Positions 7,515 to 17,815 of a stretch of DNA of 64,000 nt are shown here, piece by piece. The DNA lies in assembly GCA_964623335.1 (NCBI GenBank), contig CAZUST010000003.1, positions 869 through 64,868 of the forward strand, read 5' to 3'. The position numbers and the translations under genes were made by a program. The first letter of the stretch is position 1, and every line of letters begins with the position of its first letter. The stretch comes from an uncultured Candidatus Saccharibacteria bacterium (GTDB lineage: Bacteria > Patescibacteriota > Minisyncoccia > Minisyncoccales > UBA5738). The notes under the pieces are model-generated. The model made no database searches and was not told where the DNA came from. It saw only the letters and a program-made list of their open reading frames with translations.

Positions 7515-10049
7515 CTATTTCAAGGATTTCTCTAATTCTTCAAACAGCTTTATTTGCTCCTGCTGGAGGGAAGCGTTGAAGATGAGGCGGTAATCAAAAT
7601 TCTTGTTGACCGCTTGAAAATCTTTGAAGCCGATTTCTTTGGCAAAAACCTCGTTCGTTAGGGTCTTAATCGTGCCACCATAGGTTTTCTTGTTTGCCTC
7701 GTAATCTGTTTTCTCACTGCCGCTCTTCACTTCAACCACCAAAAACCTGCCCTTCGTGGTTTCAATCAGAAAATCGGGGAAATAGCGGGCATAGCGCTGG
7801 TTTTCTGGGCTCCAATATTCAAAATAGAAATCGTTATGGCTGGCATCGTGCACACCGCCCGTGAAATAAATATCCTTGAGGGCTTCTTTTTTATCCAATA
7901 CCTCCCTCAGATAACGGAAAAGGTCTTTCTCATCGCCGCTGTCAAAATTATAGGGATTTATATGAAAACCAAGCCGCCCCTTGCGGCCTTCCGACTCTTC
8001 ACTTTCACGATATATGACAAGCTTATTTTTCCCCTGCTGGATATTGATTTTGAACGGATAAAGCTTGGTCAATTCAAGCTCCTCTTCAACGATTTCGGTT
8101 TTCTCCTCATACCGATAGACATTTTCAAGAAGCTCCCGTATGACAAACGGGATTAAAGCAGTGCTTTCATTCACCGCCTTAACAAAGGTTTTGCGGTCCT
8201 TACCGCCATCCAAAATAATTTGTTCAATCACGGCGCAAGCAAGATGGGTGTAGCGATTAATAATCTCGGTTATTTCGTAAAAGGTCAGGTCATTCTTTTC
8301 AACAATCTTGCGAGTAACCTTCGCCTCGGTGTAACCCGCCTTGCCGCCTTCGCCGATAAGTATGCCTCCTTCGCCAACGAAATGGAAATAGTCTTCGGGC
8401 TTGAACTTGCCAAAATCAATTTTGATTTCTGCCGCCTTTTTGTTTTGAACCGCCACGATTTCTTTGAGCACTTTTTTCACCTTAATGATTTTGCGCTTCT
8501 CCACCCTTAAAGTGTGTTCAATCAATTTCTGGTCTTGGGAATTTAACTCGCTTATGCTTGAAGAGAAATTGCTCTTCAATTCACGGTCAAGAATTTTGTA
8601 ATTATCCTTGGACAGGAAAATATGCGCTTTCGTTGAGTTATCGCCGATGCTCCGAAGACAGCGAGTAGAAGATTGGAGCACGAAAATTGAGCTGTGCGGT
8701 TTTCGGTAAAGAGCGCACGCCACCAGCGAACGGCAATTCCAGCCCTCGGTCCCCTTCCCCACCAAAAGTACAAACTGCTTCTTGCTCTCCACGGTATCAA
8801 GCTTCAAAAACTCATCCTTGTTCTCTTCGGCCTCGGTGTGATATTCAAGGATTTTATCCAGCGAGACGCCTTTGCTGGCAAGTATCTTTTCAAGCTTGGG
8901 CTTGAGCTCTTTTCTAAGGTCTTCAATACTGGCGGAATATAAAGCGATTTTAGGTAACCTGCCCTCAAGACGGGTTTTATACTCGGTCAAAAATGTCTGC
9001 GCTACCTCCTCCACGAACTGCTCGGATTTTACATCGCCAAAATCCAAAATGCGGACCTGTTTCAATATGCCTTTTTCAATGCCTTCCTTAAGCCCGAAAT
9101 GATAAACCACATCGGCAATCATCACATTGTTCACATACGGCGTGCCCGTGAGATTGATGACCGCCGTGAGCGGCGTGTTTTTGTGCAGATAATCAATCGT
9201 TTGGCGGGTTTTCTTCAAAGTTCCTTCAAGAGTTTTGCCATAGGAATGATGGGCTTCATCCACGAACACGATAAGACCAGAAAGCTGGCGGATTGACTGC
9301 AAGCGGGCGTTTTCAACTTCCCGCCTTTCCAGCTCGTTGGCATCGCCAAAAAGCCGCCGCGTGCCATTGCCGCCGTTGCCGTTGCGGGTTTTCAAAATTA
9401 TCTTCTGGGAATTGGAAACGATGACATTGTAATTGCCGATTGGGGCAAGAGCGGTTTGAGGACTTTCAAGGTAGTGATATTTGATGTTCAAAACAATGTT
9501 CTGGTATTCCTTGGGCAAAACCTTGGTATAATCAAACGTCTTAATCTCCTTGAGGCTTTCAATGATGGTGGTATCGGGAGCAAACACCAAGGCGTTCTTG
9601 GCAAACCGCTCATCCTTGGGATGGTAAAACGACAGCGTGAAATCATAGAGCATCATCGCCGCCATTAAAATGGTTTTGCCCGACCCCATCGTTAAAGCAT
9701 AAACTTGGTTGGCGTAATCGGATGCGCCGAACGCCTCCACCAGCCGCCGCTCAATTTCCTTTTCATTGCCCAGCAAATCAAACGCTTCTGCCCTTGGAAT
9801 ACCAAGGCCAAGCAATAGCTCTCTCTCATTTGGAAATGATGAACGGAAAACTTCCAGCGAGGGCTTGTTGCCCGCTATCTCTTTAAGGTAAACATAGGTT
9901 TCCAACGCCGCAATCTGCGGCTCGTGCAAAAAAGAAACCCGCCTGATTTGGTTAAGGATGTTTAGGGTTTCCTGTTCCGCTCCCCGATAGCCGCCCGCGC
10001 GCCAATCGTTAACCAATTTTTCTATGTGTCGCAAAAATAAACTTTCCAT
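7515..10049 (-). CDS. res: Type III restriction enzyme Res subunit (SF2 helicase plus C-terminal endonuclease)
   Basis: Walker A motif TMGSGKT and DEAH box FVDEAHH are present. The C-terminal PDFLIET...VVEVK is a PD-(D/E)xK motif. The gene follows mod with a 2-nt gap. Confidence 0.75.
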   Translation of the reverse strand: MESLFLRHIEKLVNDWRAGGYRGAEQETLNILNQIRRVSFLHEPQIAALETYVYLKEIAGNKPSLEVFRSSFPNERELLLGLGIPRAEAFDLLGNEKEIERRLVEAFGASDYANQVYALTMGSGKTILMAAMMLYDFTLSFYHPKDERFAKNALVFAPDTTIIESLKEIKTFDYTKVLPKEYQNIVLNIKYHYLESPQTALAPIGNYNVIVSNSQKIILKTRNGNGGNGTRRLFGDANELERREVENARLQSIRQLSGLIVFVDEAHHSYGKTLEGTLKKTRQTIDYLHKNTPLTAVINLTGTPYVNNVMIADVVYHFGLKEGIEKGILKQVRILDFGDVKSEQFVEEVAQTFLTEYKTRLEGRLPKIALYSASIEDLRKELKPKLEKILASKGVSLDKILEYHTEAEENKDEFLKLDTVESKKQFVLLVGKGTEGWNCRSLVACALYRKPHSSIFVLQSSTRCLRSIGDNSTKAHIFLSKDNYKILDRELKSNFSSSISELNSQDQKLIEHTLRVEKRKIIKVKKVLKEIVAVQNKKAAEIKIDFGKFKPEDYFHFVGEGGILIGEGGKAGYTEAKVTRKIVEKNDLTFYEITEIINRYTHLACAVIEQIILDGGKDRKTFVKAVNESTALIPFVIRELLENVYRYEEKTEIVEEELELTKLYPFKINIQQGKNKLVIYRESEESEGRKGRLGFHINPYNFDSGDEKDLFRYLREVLDKKEALKDIYFTGGVHDASHNDFYFEYWSPENQRYARYFPDFLIETTKGRFLVVEVKSGSEKTDYEANKKTYGGTIKTLTNEVFAKEIGFKDFQAVNKNFDYRLIFNASLQQEQIKLFEELEKSLK

Positions 10050-10051
10050 AG

Positions 10052-11878
10052 TTAAGCGGTTACATCAAAAGTTTCAAAGTATTCTTCGCCCAAAACATCA
10101 ACAACCTTTACCGCCACGGTGTAACTGCCCTTCTTTTTGTAATCCCAAGAATACTGGGATTTGATAACTTCTTTTTTATCGGGTATATCCATAATCTCGG
10201 CGTTGAAAAGCTTGCCGTTGTAATCCACATCAATCACCACGCTGTCAACGATTTGCTTGAAATCTTCCACCTTCGCTTGCTGGTCTTTTTTGAGCGTCTT
10301 TTCGTTTTCAATCTGCAATTTGCGCATCAAAATGGGCGAGAAAAATTCCTTGAGCTCAACGGACAGCTTGCCGCCCTTGGCCGCCACCTTGATTTTTGCC
10401 TCTGGCTTCTGCTTGAAGATAAGATTTTTCTTGTCGGTCAAAATATCCCGCACATCAATTTTCACCCCCGTTTTGTTTTCCTTTTTAATGAAATCCCAAA
10501 CGTCCAGCTCCATTCCCGAACAAATAATCAAAACGCTTTCTTCATAAACAGGTTCGCCCGACTTGGAATTTGTTTTTACCGTGAAACCGTCAATTTTGTC
10601 GTTGATATTTTTGAGCAAAGTGCGCACGTCCATCTTGTTCAAAACCCGATTGAGCGGCATCACTTTCACAAAATTCTTATCCAGCCTGCCGTCAAAATAA
10701 GTGCGCTTAATCGGCTCCACGCCATACATCTCCATCACGATTTCTTTGGCTTCAAGCTCGTTTTTGAAAACATCGTAATCGTTCACGTTAAGAACCTTAA
10801 ACGCCAACGTTCCCTTGAAACCCTTTTCAATCTTCTTGTCTTTGCGCTGGTCTTCAATGATTTGATTAAGCCGCTTAGTTGTTGTTTGGATTGCGCCCAA
10901 GTTTATATCGCACCCAATCCACCGCCGCCCCAACTTCTGCGCTACAGCGCAAGTTGTCCCCGAACCAACAAAAAAATCAGCTACCAAGTCATCTTCGTTG
11001 GAAGATGCCTTTATTATTCTCTCAATTAACTTTTCTGGTTTTTGTGTTGGATATTCTGTCCTTACTGAAGCAGAGCTGGTTTCAATGCTCATTCTCCAAA
11101 CATCATCAAGGGCATTTCCTTTTTCTAACACATCATCCAAATATCTTTTATATGCTTTTGATGCACCCCCCGATGCATCCTGCCAAATAAATTCTTTTCC
11201 GGCTTCATCGGTATAAATTGCCTGTTTTTTTGCCTTAATAAAACTTTCCTTAGTCCAAGGAATGGAAATATCCGCTAATTTTGCTTTTGAATTTTTTGCA
11301 TACAACAAAATGGTATCGTGTTTGGCATTATATTTAGTTTCAAGATGCATTGACCTGCCAGGGTAATGCCATATTATTTCATTCCGAAAATTTTCTAACC
11401 CAAATATCTCATCCATAATCAGCCTAAGATATGAGTTCTTGTGCCAATCGCAATGTAAATATATAAATCCCTTATCAGATAAAAGTTCTCGCATTAACAA
11501 AAGCCGCTCATACATAAATTGCAAATACTCATCCTTTTCCCAGATGTCAGAATACTGTTTTTCTTCCAGCAAACCCTGCCGTTGCCCCTCAATCGGTTCA
11601 TTCCGTAATTTAACCTTGCGCACGTAATCCGCCTTGCTATCAAACGGCGGGTCAATGTAAATCAAATCAACCGCCCCCCGATATTCCTTGAGCAGATGCG
11701 AAAGCACTTGGAGGTTATCGCCCCAAAACAGCTTGTTAAAATCCTTTGCGCTCAAATCGCCGTAAACTTCTTTTTCTTGGGCGGGATAATATTCAACGCT
11801 TTCCAGCGGATGCTTGCCCACCCATTGTAAAAGGGGCCTCCCTTTCGCCTGTTCAATTTTTTGGATTTCTTTTGCCAT
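10052..11878 (-). CDS. mod: Type III R-M Mod subunit (beta-class N6-adenine/N4-cytosine DNA methyltransferase)
   Basis: Motif IV IYIDPPFDS (DPPF) precedes motif I FFVGSGTTCAVA, which is the beta-class order. The gene is about 600 aa and lies directly upstream of res. Confidence 0.8.
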   Translation of the reverse strand: MAKEIQKIEQAKGRPLLQWVGKHPLESVEYYPAQEKEVYGDLSAKDFNKLFWGDNLQVLSHLLKEYRGAVDLIYIDPPFDSKADYVRKVKLRNEPIEGQRQGLLEEKQYSDIWEKDEYLQFMYERLLLMRELLSDKGFIYLHCDWHKNSYLRLIMDEIFGLENFRNEIIWHYPGRSMHLETKYNAKHDTILLYAKNSKAKLADISIPWTKESFIKAKKQAIYTDEAGKEFIWQDASGGASKAYKRYLDDVLEKGNALDDVWRMSIETSSASVRTEYPTQKPEKLIERIIKASSNEDDLVADFFVGSGTTCAVAQKLGRRWIGCDINLGAIQTTTKRLNQIIEDQRKDKKIEKGFKGTLAFKVLNVNDYDVFKNELEAKEIVMEMYGVEPIKRTYFDGRLDKNFVKVMPLNRVLNKMDVRTLLKNINDKIDGFTVKTNSKSGEPVYEESVLIICSGMELDVWDFIKKENKTGVKIDVRDILTDKKNLIFKQKPEAKIKVAAKGGKLSVELKEFFSPILMRKLQIENEKTLKKDQQAKVEDFKQIVDSVVIDVDYNGKLFNAEIMDIPDKKEVIKSQYSWDYKKKGSYTVAVKVVDVLGEEYFETFDVTA

Positions 11879-11902
11879 TGTAATTGTAATTTATTTTGCG
11901 CC

Positions 11903-12103
11903 CTACTTGCTTGATTGCAAAAATTTAAGAAGGTCATCCTTGCGGTAACGCCGCACCCGCTTGGTCCCAATGCGGATGGCGGGCAAAATACCCTTTGCAT
12001 CCCACTGGCGAAGCGTGTTCGGATGGACCTTAAGCAAATCGCACGCCTCCTGCAAGGTTAAAAGTTCGGGCATCTCCTGCTTTTCTTGTTTTTCGTTAAC
12101 CAT
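11903..12103 (-). CDS. AlpA/excisionase-family HTH DNA-binding protein (possible excisionase or R-M controller)
   Basis: LLTLQEACDLLKVHPNTLRQWDAKGILPAIRIGTKRVRRYRKDDL is the HTH_17/Xis-family fold. The gene lies 25 nt upstream of mod. Confidence 0.65.
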   Translation of the reverse strand: MVNEKQEKQEMPELLTLQEACDLLKVHPNTLRQWDAKGILPAIRIGTKRVRRYRKDDLLKFLQSSK

Positions 12104-12203
12104 TGATTTTTAGCTACCTTTTGATACTATTTCATAATACAACGCCGCACGGATTTCGGCAAAAACCGCTCCCCAACGGGAGCGTAATTACTATTACAAT
12201 AAT

Positions 12204-13460
12204 ATGGCCAGAGAATACTCGGAAGAGGGTTTTCTTCAGGAAATAGACGACTACTCGCTTGTAGCCAAATACTTTACCGCCAACAGTATCACTGGCTTTT
12301 CATATAATGCGGGCCGTCCGCAAAACAGCGACCAAACGGTTGCCGCAATTAGGGCGGTTATGAACGGACAACCCGACTCTAAAAAACGGGCGATTGAAAA
12401 CGATTTCCAGCGCATAAATAATATGGCGAACGAAAAAGGTTCGCTGAACCTGTTGAGCGAAGCGGCGGACAGAAACCTTGTTTTGCCGATGGCACAAATA
12501 TCGCAAATGAACGTCTATGATAAAGCGTTTTGGTTTTTTATCAATCATCCCGAAGCGTTTGACCAAGCGGATGCGGTCCAACAATTCCTTGACCTGAACG
12601 GCTGGAAACGAACCCCCGCCCCCACTGCTACAATACAATCCGTTTTGGGAAAGAAGAACCAGCTTGAAACTGCATTGAAAAACTATTTCCTCCAAAAAGA
12701 AACCAAGGGCAACTACGGCTCGGTTGAGATGTATCCTAAGGGAAATAACGTTTATGTAGTCGCCCGCTTGACCGACCACGCCGAAGCCAAATTTGTGCCC
12801 GATGAAAGCACAAGTAAGATTGTTAAAAACGGAACTCACCGCCCAATTTTTGAAGTCTATTATCTCTATCGGCGTATTGAAAATGAAGAAGGCAGTGAGT
12901 TGGAAATCAAAGCAAAGGGTGGATGGCAAAAGCAACAAGAACTGCTGGGCGTATTCCTGAAAGCGGTATTTGATGTTGAGTTTGACGACACCCGCCAAAC
13001 TTTTAATCTTGATTTGATAAAAGACCCGAGTTTTAACCTCATAACCGAGGCAAGCGACCAAGTTGAATGGTGGTATTTGAAAGCGGTTGAAATGTCCACC
13101 CCCGACAGAAAATCAAACATCAGGGTAAGCTTGAGGGACGATACGATGCGTGAAACCCGTGCGATGTGGAACCAGCTAACCCGCCTTAACCTCGCCGCCC
13201 AGATGAACAATATGGTTATCAATCGGGTTGATATGAAAATCAAATATACCCCAATCCGACCTCGCCAAAAAGGAACCGTTACTTTCAGTATCAACTGGAA
13301 AGATAGCTGTTCCCTGAACGGAACGGATGAACTCCATATCCGAACCCGCAAAATCCTTAAAAAATCACACCTTGACTGTGGCTTTAATAATCCAACTGCT
13401 CAACAATCTGGCAACCCTACCCCCCGTATCTTTGCCCAACAAGGAATTTCAGGCCAATAA
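12204..13460 (+). CDS. Large hypothetical protein (island cargo, unknown function)
   Basis: A 418-aa ORF with no motif I recognise. It overlaps the next ORF by about 130 bp in a different frame. Confidence 0.45.
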   Translation: MAREYSEEGFLQEIDDYSLVAKYFTANSITGFSYNAGRPQNSDQTVAAIRAVMNGQPDSKKRAIENDFQRINNMANEKGSLNLLSEAADRNLVLPMAQISQMNVYDKAFWFFINHPEAFDQADAVQQFLDLNGWKRTPAPTATIQSVLGKKNQLETALKNYFLQKETKGNYGSVEMYPKGNNVYVVARLTDHAEAKFVPDESTSKIVKNGTHRPIFEVYYLYRRIENEEGSELEIKAKGGWQKQQELLGVFLKAVFDVEFDDTRQTFNLDLIKDPSFNLITEASDQVEWWYLKAVEMSTPDRKSNIRVSLRDDTMRETRAMWNQLTRLNLAAQMNNMVINRVDMKIKYTPIRPRQKGTVTFSINWKDSCSLNGTDELHIRTRKILKKSHLDCGFNNPTAQQSGNPTPRIFAQQGISGQ

Positions 13461-14343
13461 AGAAGAAGCTGAAATCCTCCTTTCCCTTGGCATCTTGCGG
13501 GTTGCAAGCGATACGAAGCAAAGACTTTGCCCCACCTGCGGCAATGAGTTTTTGGATGCGCACTTCGTTAATGATACAAAAGCCTTCACCCAATGCGAAC
13601 AACGCGAAGATGCGGGCCGTGATTATTTCAATCCGCAAGAACTGAAGCAATGGGATTTTGACACCCCCCGTTTTCTCTCCTTGTTCCAACAAGGAATGGG
13701 AATTGCAAACCCCACCGTCAATGAAAATATCACCAATTTATTGTGGAATTTTAATAGCCAAGAAATAAACGGCTCAAACTATCATCTTTTTTTCGCCAGC
13801 AACATAAACGCGCTTGATAGCGCAAAGTTAACGATTGTTACCAGTCTCCCCCAGTGTGCCGTTTTTTATACTGGGACACCTCAAATTGCTCTCCCCGATA
13901 AAGTGCTTTTGATACCCGTGGCCGAAATGATAGCCAATATAACGACAAGCGGCATTGAGCTGAAAGAAACGCTCATCAAACAATTTTTCCCAAGCAGAGT
14001 TCATCTGATGAGCGCAAATGGAATAGAGTTAGATAATAATATTGTGGTTCAGGATGACACTATCCTTTATTCGCCCGTCCGTGGCGGCGTTTTCAAGCAA
14101 CGTTCCCGAATAAGACCCCTCGCCACACGAATAATTGAGCATCTTTACCAAATAAGAAATTACCAAGATAATTACCGAACCCTAACCCAGTTGGCCGATG
14201 ACCTTGGTAGTAGCAAGGTATCAATATCCAACGAGCTTGATAGAGTAAATAAGCTTTGCAAAGCAAGAGGGATTGAACCCATCCTATACAACTTTGGCCG
14301 CGGTAGATGGAGTATCAACCCCACACTTGGCTGTTGCCGTTAA
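13327..14343 (+). CDS. Hypothetical protein with a CPTCG zinc-ribbon-like motif and a C-terminal HTH-like segment
   Basis: A 338-aa ORF. The long overlap with the preceding ORF suggests a frameshift, a fusion or a later true start. Confidence 0.4.
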   Translation: MNSISEPAKSLKNHTLTVALIIQLLNNLATLPPVSLPNKEFQANKEEAEILLSLGILRVASDTKQRLCPTCGNEFLDAHFVNDTKAFTQCEQREDAGRDYFNPQELKQWDFDTPRFLSLFQQGMGIANPTVNENITNLLWNFNSQEINGSNYHLFFASNINALDSAKLTIVTSLPQCAVFYTGTPQIALPDKVLLIPVAEMIANITTSGIELKETLIKQFFPSRVHLMSANGIELDNNIVVQDDTILYSPVRGGVFKQRSRIRPLATRIIEHLYQIRNYQDNYRTLTQLADDLGSSKVSISNELDRVNKLCKARGIEPILYNFGRGRWSINPTLGCCR

Positions 14344-14392
14344 TTCACCAAAACATTCACTAACCACATAATAATTGTGGATTAGTAACACC

Positions 14393-14425
14393 AAAAACCC
14401 CGATTTAAGAGGGGTTTTTGTTTTG
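14393..14425 (+). terminator. Rho-independent terminator
   Basis: AAAAACCCC gatttaaga GGGGTTTTTGTTTTG is a hairpin followed by a T-run. It lies 50 nt after the 13327-14343 ORF. Confidence 0.55.
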
Positions 14426-14520
14426 TTCGGTTGAGATTTGACAACCCTTGGCGGTGAAAGCCACCACCAAATTAACAGTAAAGCTTTGGCCAAAAGCTCA
14501 AATAATTAAACACCATTACT

Positions 14521-14799
14521 ATGGCAAAAAAAATTGAAGACGTAGAATTTGTCCCCTTAAAGGACAGCCCGTCAGTGTTCAGCACTTACGACCTCGGATG
14601 CTCCGCCGCACTTTTGTGCGCTGGTTTTGAGTTGCTATCGCTCAATAAAGAAAATCCCTACAAATCATTGTTTATCTTCAAACGTGAAGACGGGATTGAG
14701 GAGGTTGTTGATGATTACTGGTCCGACAGGTTGGAGGTAAAAGCTCGCTCATTTTTTGACGCAATAAAAGCCCTCAAAAACAGGCTGTATTCCAAGTAA
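14521..14799 (+). CDS. Small hypothetical protein (possibly DUF5659-like)
   Basis: A 92-aa ORF containing STYDLGCSAALLCAGFELLSL. Assignment to a family is tentative. Confidence 0.4.
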   Translation: MAKKIEDVEFVPLKDSPSVFSTYDLGCSAALLCAGFELLSLNKENPYKSLFIFKREDGIEEVVDDYWSDRLEVKARSFFDAIKALKNRLYSK

Positions 14800-14803
14800 C
14801 CCT

Positions 14804-15004
14804 ATGGTCCTCTCTGATAAAAACATCTCCGACTTCCAAGAGCTTTACCGAAAGCATTTTGGAAAGGAAATCGGCAAACAAGAAGCCTACGAGAAAGGCA
14901 TCAAGCTCGTTCGCCTGATGTCGCTCGTTTACAAGCCGATAACCCAAGCAGAGCGGGACCGCGTTGAAACACTCCGCAAAGCAAGCGGAAAAGATAACCA
15001 ATAA
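14804..15004 (+). CDS. Small hypothetical protein
   Basis: A 66-aa ORF 4 nt after the previous one, possibly co-transcribed with it. Confidence 0.3.
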   Translation: MVLSDKNISDFQELYRKHFGKEIGKQEAYEKGIKLVRLMSLVYKPITQAERDRVETLRKASGKDNQ

Positions 15005-15016
15005 CAATTACACACT

Positions 15017-17194
15017 ATGGCTCAAGATAACATTACCATTCAAGAATATCTCACGAAAAAAGGTATCCCGTTCAGGGTGAGCGGCAAAGAGCTTATCGCC
15101 GCCTGCCTCTTTGGCGACTGCGACAAGAACAGCCAAAACGGAGAAGCGCATCTTTACTTTGACAGTGAAACGGGACAATACGACTGCAAAAAATGCGGCG
15201 CAAAAGGCAACCTCATAACCCTCGCCACGCATCTCGGAGACGGGATGCAAGAGATTGCCCGCAATCCCATAACGCCTCCGAAAAATCCACGAAAATCCAC
15301 GAATTTTGACCCCCAGATGGTTGAAACTTGCCATTCGGCACTTCCAGCCGCCATTCGCCAATACCTCAACACCAGAGGCATTTCTGATGCCGTGATTGAG
15401 GCTTACAAGCTGGGCTACGGTAACTTTTACCGCCAACCGTGGATTACCGTTCCCATTAAAGATAATCTGGGCAATTATTCCTTTTTCAAACTGCGCCAAG
15501 ACCCAACCTTCGGAAACGAAAAAATGACTTTCCCAAAAGGCATCCAAGCCCAGCTCTACGACTGGGAAACCGCCCAAGCCAGCGGCGAAACCATTGTTAT
15601 CTGCGAGGGCGAAATGGACCGCCTGCTTTTAGCATCAAAAGGGATAACCGCCATCACCTCCACTCACGGAGCGGGAACCTTCAAAGAAGAATGGGCAAAA
15701 GAGGTTATCGGAAAATATCGGAAAATTTACGTATGTTTTGATAATGACGAAGCGGGACAAAAGGGAGCGCAACGAGTGGTAAAAATGATGGAAAACGATG
15801 GAAATTGCGAGGCCTTCATTACCAACCTGCCGCCAGAAGTTGGCGAAAAAGGCGACATTACCGATTACTTCATAAAACTCAACGGCTCGGTTGACGACCT
15901 GTTCAACAAATATGCCAAACCTTACCCAGAAAAAATTGACGTTTCGCAATTCGCTCCCCTAACGGCAGACCAGCTTGCGGAAACGCTCGGCCTTACCATC
16001 AAACAGGATAAGGAAAACAAACTTGCCACTTTTCTTTGCGAGTTGACCGCTTACTCGGAAAACGCCCAATTCAATATCAGCTACAATGCCCCATCTTCCA
16101 CGGGTAAAAGCTACATCCCTACGGAAATTGCAAAGCTTTTCCCGCAAGAAGACGTGATGGAAATTGCTTATTGCAGTCCCACCGCTTTTTTCCACGATGT
16201 GGGTGAATTTGATAAGGCGCGGGGCGGTTATTTGGTTGACCTATCCCACAAGATACTCATTTTTCTTGACCAACCGCACAACGAACTGCTCGCCCGTTTG
16301 CGCCCGCTCCTTTCCCACGACAAAAAAGAAATCACACTCAAAATTACCGACAAATCGCAAAAGTTCGGATTGAAAACGAAAACCATTCTTTTGCGAGGTT
16401 ATCCAGCCGTTATCTTCTGCACGGCGGGGCTTCGGATTGATGAACAAGAGGCCACCCGCTTTCTTCTGCTCTCTCCCGAAGTAAACCAAGACAAAATCCA
16501 GCAAGGCATCAGTGCCACAATCCGAAAAGAAGCCGACAATGATGAATATGCCGACTGGCTTGATGAAAACCCCGACCGAGTGCTTCTCAAAGAGCGTATC
16601 CGTGCGATTAAGCTGGAAAATATCAAAGAAATAAAAATCACCTCCCAAGACCGCATCAAAGAAAAATTCTTTGGGGACAATAAAACCTTGAAGCCTCGGC
16701 ATCAGCGGGATGTCAGGCGGCTTCTCGCCCTCATCAAATCGCTTGCCCTGCTCAATCTATTTTGGCGTGAACGGAACGGCTCCACAATCACGGCAAATGA
16801 TGACGATATTGATGAGGGATTTAGGCTCTGGGATAGAATATCCGTGAGCCAAGAGCTTAATCTGCCGCCCTATATCTATAACCTTTATCAAGAAATAATC
16901 TTGCCACTGTGGCAAGAAAAAAACGCCACCAGCGAAGAATTAGGCACACACACGGGAGTTATCGGCATAACCCGCCAAGAAGTGCTTGAAAGGCATTTTG
17001 GGGTCTATGGAAGGATGCTGGACTGCCACCAACTGCGGCAACAAATACTGCCGATGCTGGAAACGGCGGGCCTCATCGTCCAAGAACAAGACCAAAACGA
17101 CAAGCGGAAAATCCTTATCTTTCCCGCCTCACTGCGCCAATTATCGGGCAACCAAACAAATAGTGAAACCGAGAGTGGGGTAAATACCAATTAA
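15017..17194 (+). CDS. Phage/plasmid-type DNA primase (zinc finger plus Toprim) with a large C-terminal domain
   Basis: N-terminal CLFGDCD...CKKCG zinc finger. Toprim motifs VICEGEMDRLL and VCFDNDEAGQKG are present. Confidence 0.7.
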   Translation: MAQDNITIQEYLTKKGIPFRVSGKELIAACLFGDCDKNSQNGEAHLYFDSETGQYDCKKCGAKGNLITLATHLGDGMQEIARNPITPPKNPRKSTNFDPQMVETCHSALPAAIRQYLNTRGISDAVIEAYKLGYGNFYRQPWITVPIKDNLGNYSFFKLRQDPTFGNEKMTFPKGIQAQLYDWETAQASGETIVICEGEMDRLLLASKGITAITSTHGAGTFKEEWAKEVIGKYRKIYVCFDNDEAGQKGAQRVVKMMENDGNCEAFITNLPPEVGEKGDITDYFIKLNGSVDDLFNKYAKPYPEKIDVSQFAPLTADQLAETLGLTIKQDKENKLATFLCELTAYSENAQFNISYNAPSSTGKSYIPTEIAKLFPQEDVMEIAYCSPTAFFHDVGEFDKARGGYLVDLSHKILIFLDQPHNELLARLRPLLSHDKKEITLKITDKSQKFGLKTKTILLRGYPAVIFCTAGLRIDEQEATRFLLLSPEVNQDKIQQGISATIRKEADNDEYADWLDENPDRVLLKERIRAIKLENIKEIKITSQDRIKEKFFGDNKTLKPRHQRDVRRLLALIKSLALLNLFWRERNGSTITANDDDIDEGFRLWDRISVSQELNLPPYIYNLYQEIILPLWQEKNATSEELGTHTGVIGITRQEVLERHFGVYGRMLDCHQLRQQILPMLETAGLIVQEQDQNDKRKILIFPASLRQLSGNQTNSETESGVNTN

Positions 17195-17204
17195 CTAAAA
17201 AACT

Positions 17205-17726
17205 ATGGAAGGAATATCTCAAAAGCAAATTGAAGCTAACCGCCAAAACGCCAAACTCGGCGGCGTTAAAACCGAGGAGGGCAAGGCGGTAAGCAGATAC
17301 AATGCGATAAAGCACGGCCTATTGAGCAAAGAAGTTTTGCTTGAGGGCGAAGACGAGGCAACACTTTTGGAAATCGGCAAACGATTGAGAACAGAATTAA
17401 CACCGCAAACAGAGTTTGAACTGGTGCTCGTTGATAGGATAACCGCCAATGTTTGGCGATTAAGGCGAGTTATGCAAATTGAACGGGAAATGATTGATGA
17501 TGACAGGAAGAATACTTATGATGGTGGAATAAAAACGCTCGGAGAAGCCTTAAGTTACGACTTTTCCAATAATGACACTTATGGAAAACTAATTCGCTAC
17601 GAAAGCAGTATTGAGCGGGGTATTTATAAAGCCCTACACGAGTTGCAACGACTTCAAGCAAGACGCAATGGCGAAAAAATACCACTCCCCGTTGCCATTG
17701 ACGTTGATGTTGACGAAAAAGAATGA
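17205..17726 (+). CDS. Hypothetical protein
   Basis: A 173-aa ORF between the primase and the recombinase. Confidence 0.4.
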   Translation: MEGISQKQIEANRQNAKLGGVKTEEGKAVSRYNAIKHGLLSKEVLLEGEDEATLLEIGKRLRTELTPQTEFELVLVDRITANVWRLRRVMQIEREMIDDDRKNTYDGGIKTLGEALSYDFSNNDTYGKLIRYESSIERGIYKALHELQRLQARRNGEKIPLPVAIDVDVDEKE

Positions 17727-17815
17727 TTGGGTTCGTTTCGTAAAAATATGGTGGAAAATGACGGATAAAATAGGGGTTTCCTTAATGATTTCGGCAATAA
17801 AATTAAGAAAAAATT

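Noticed and set aside
10253-11029. 258-aa plus-strand ORF (and other long antisense ORFs, e.g. 24226-25272 and 60700-61683)
   Set aside because: These lie entirely antisense within strongly supported genes (mod, mreB, fusA) and have low-complexity translations. They are shadow ORFs.
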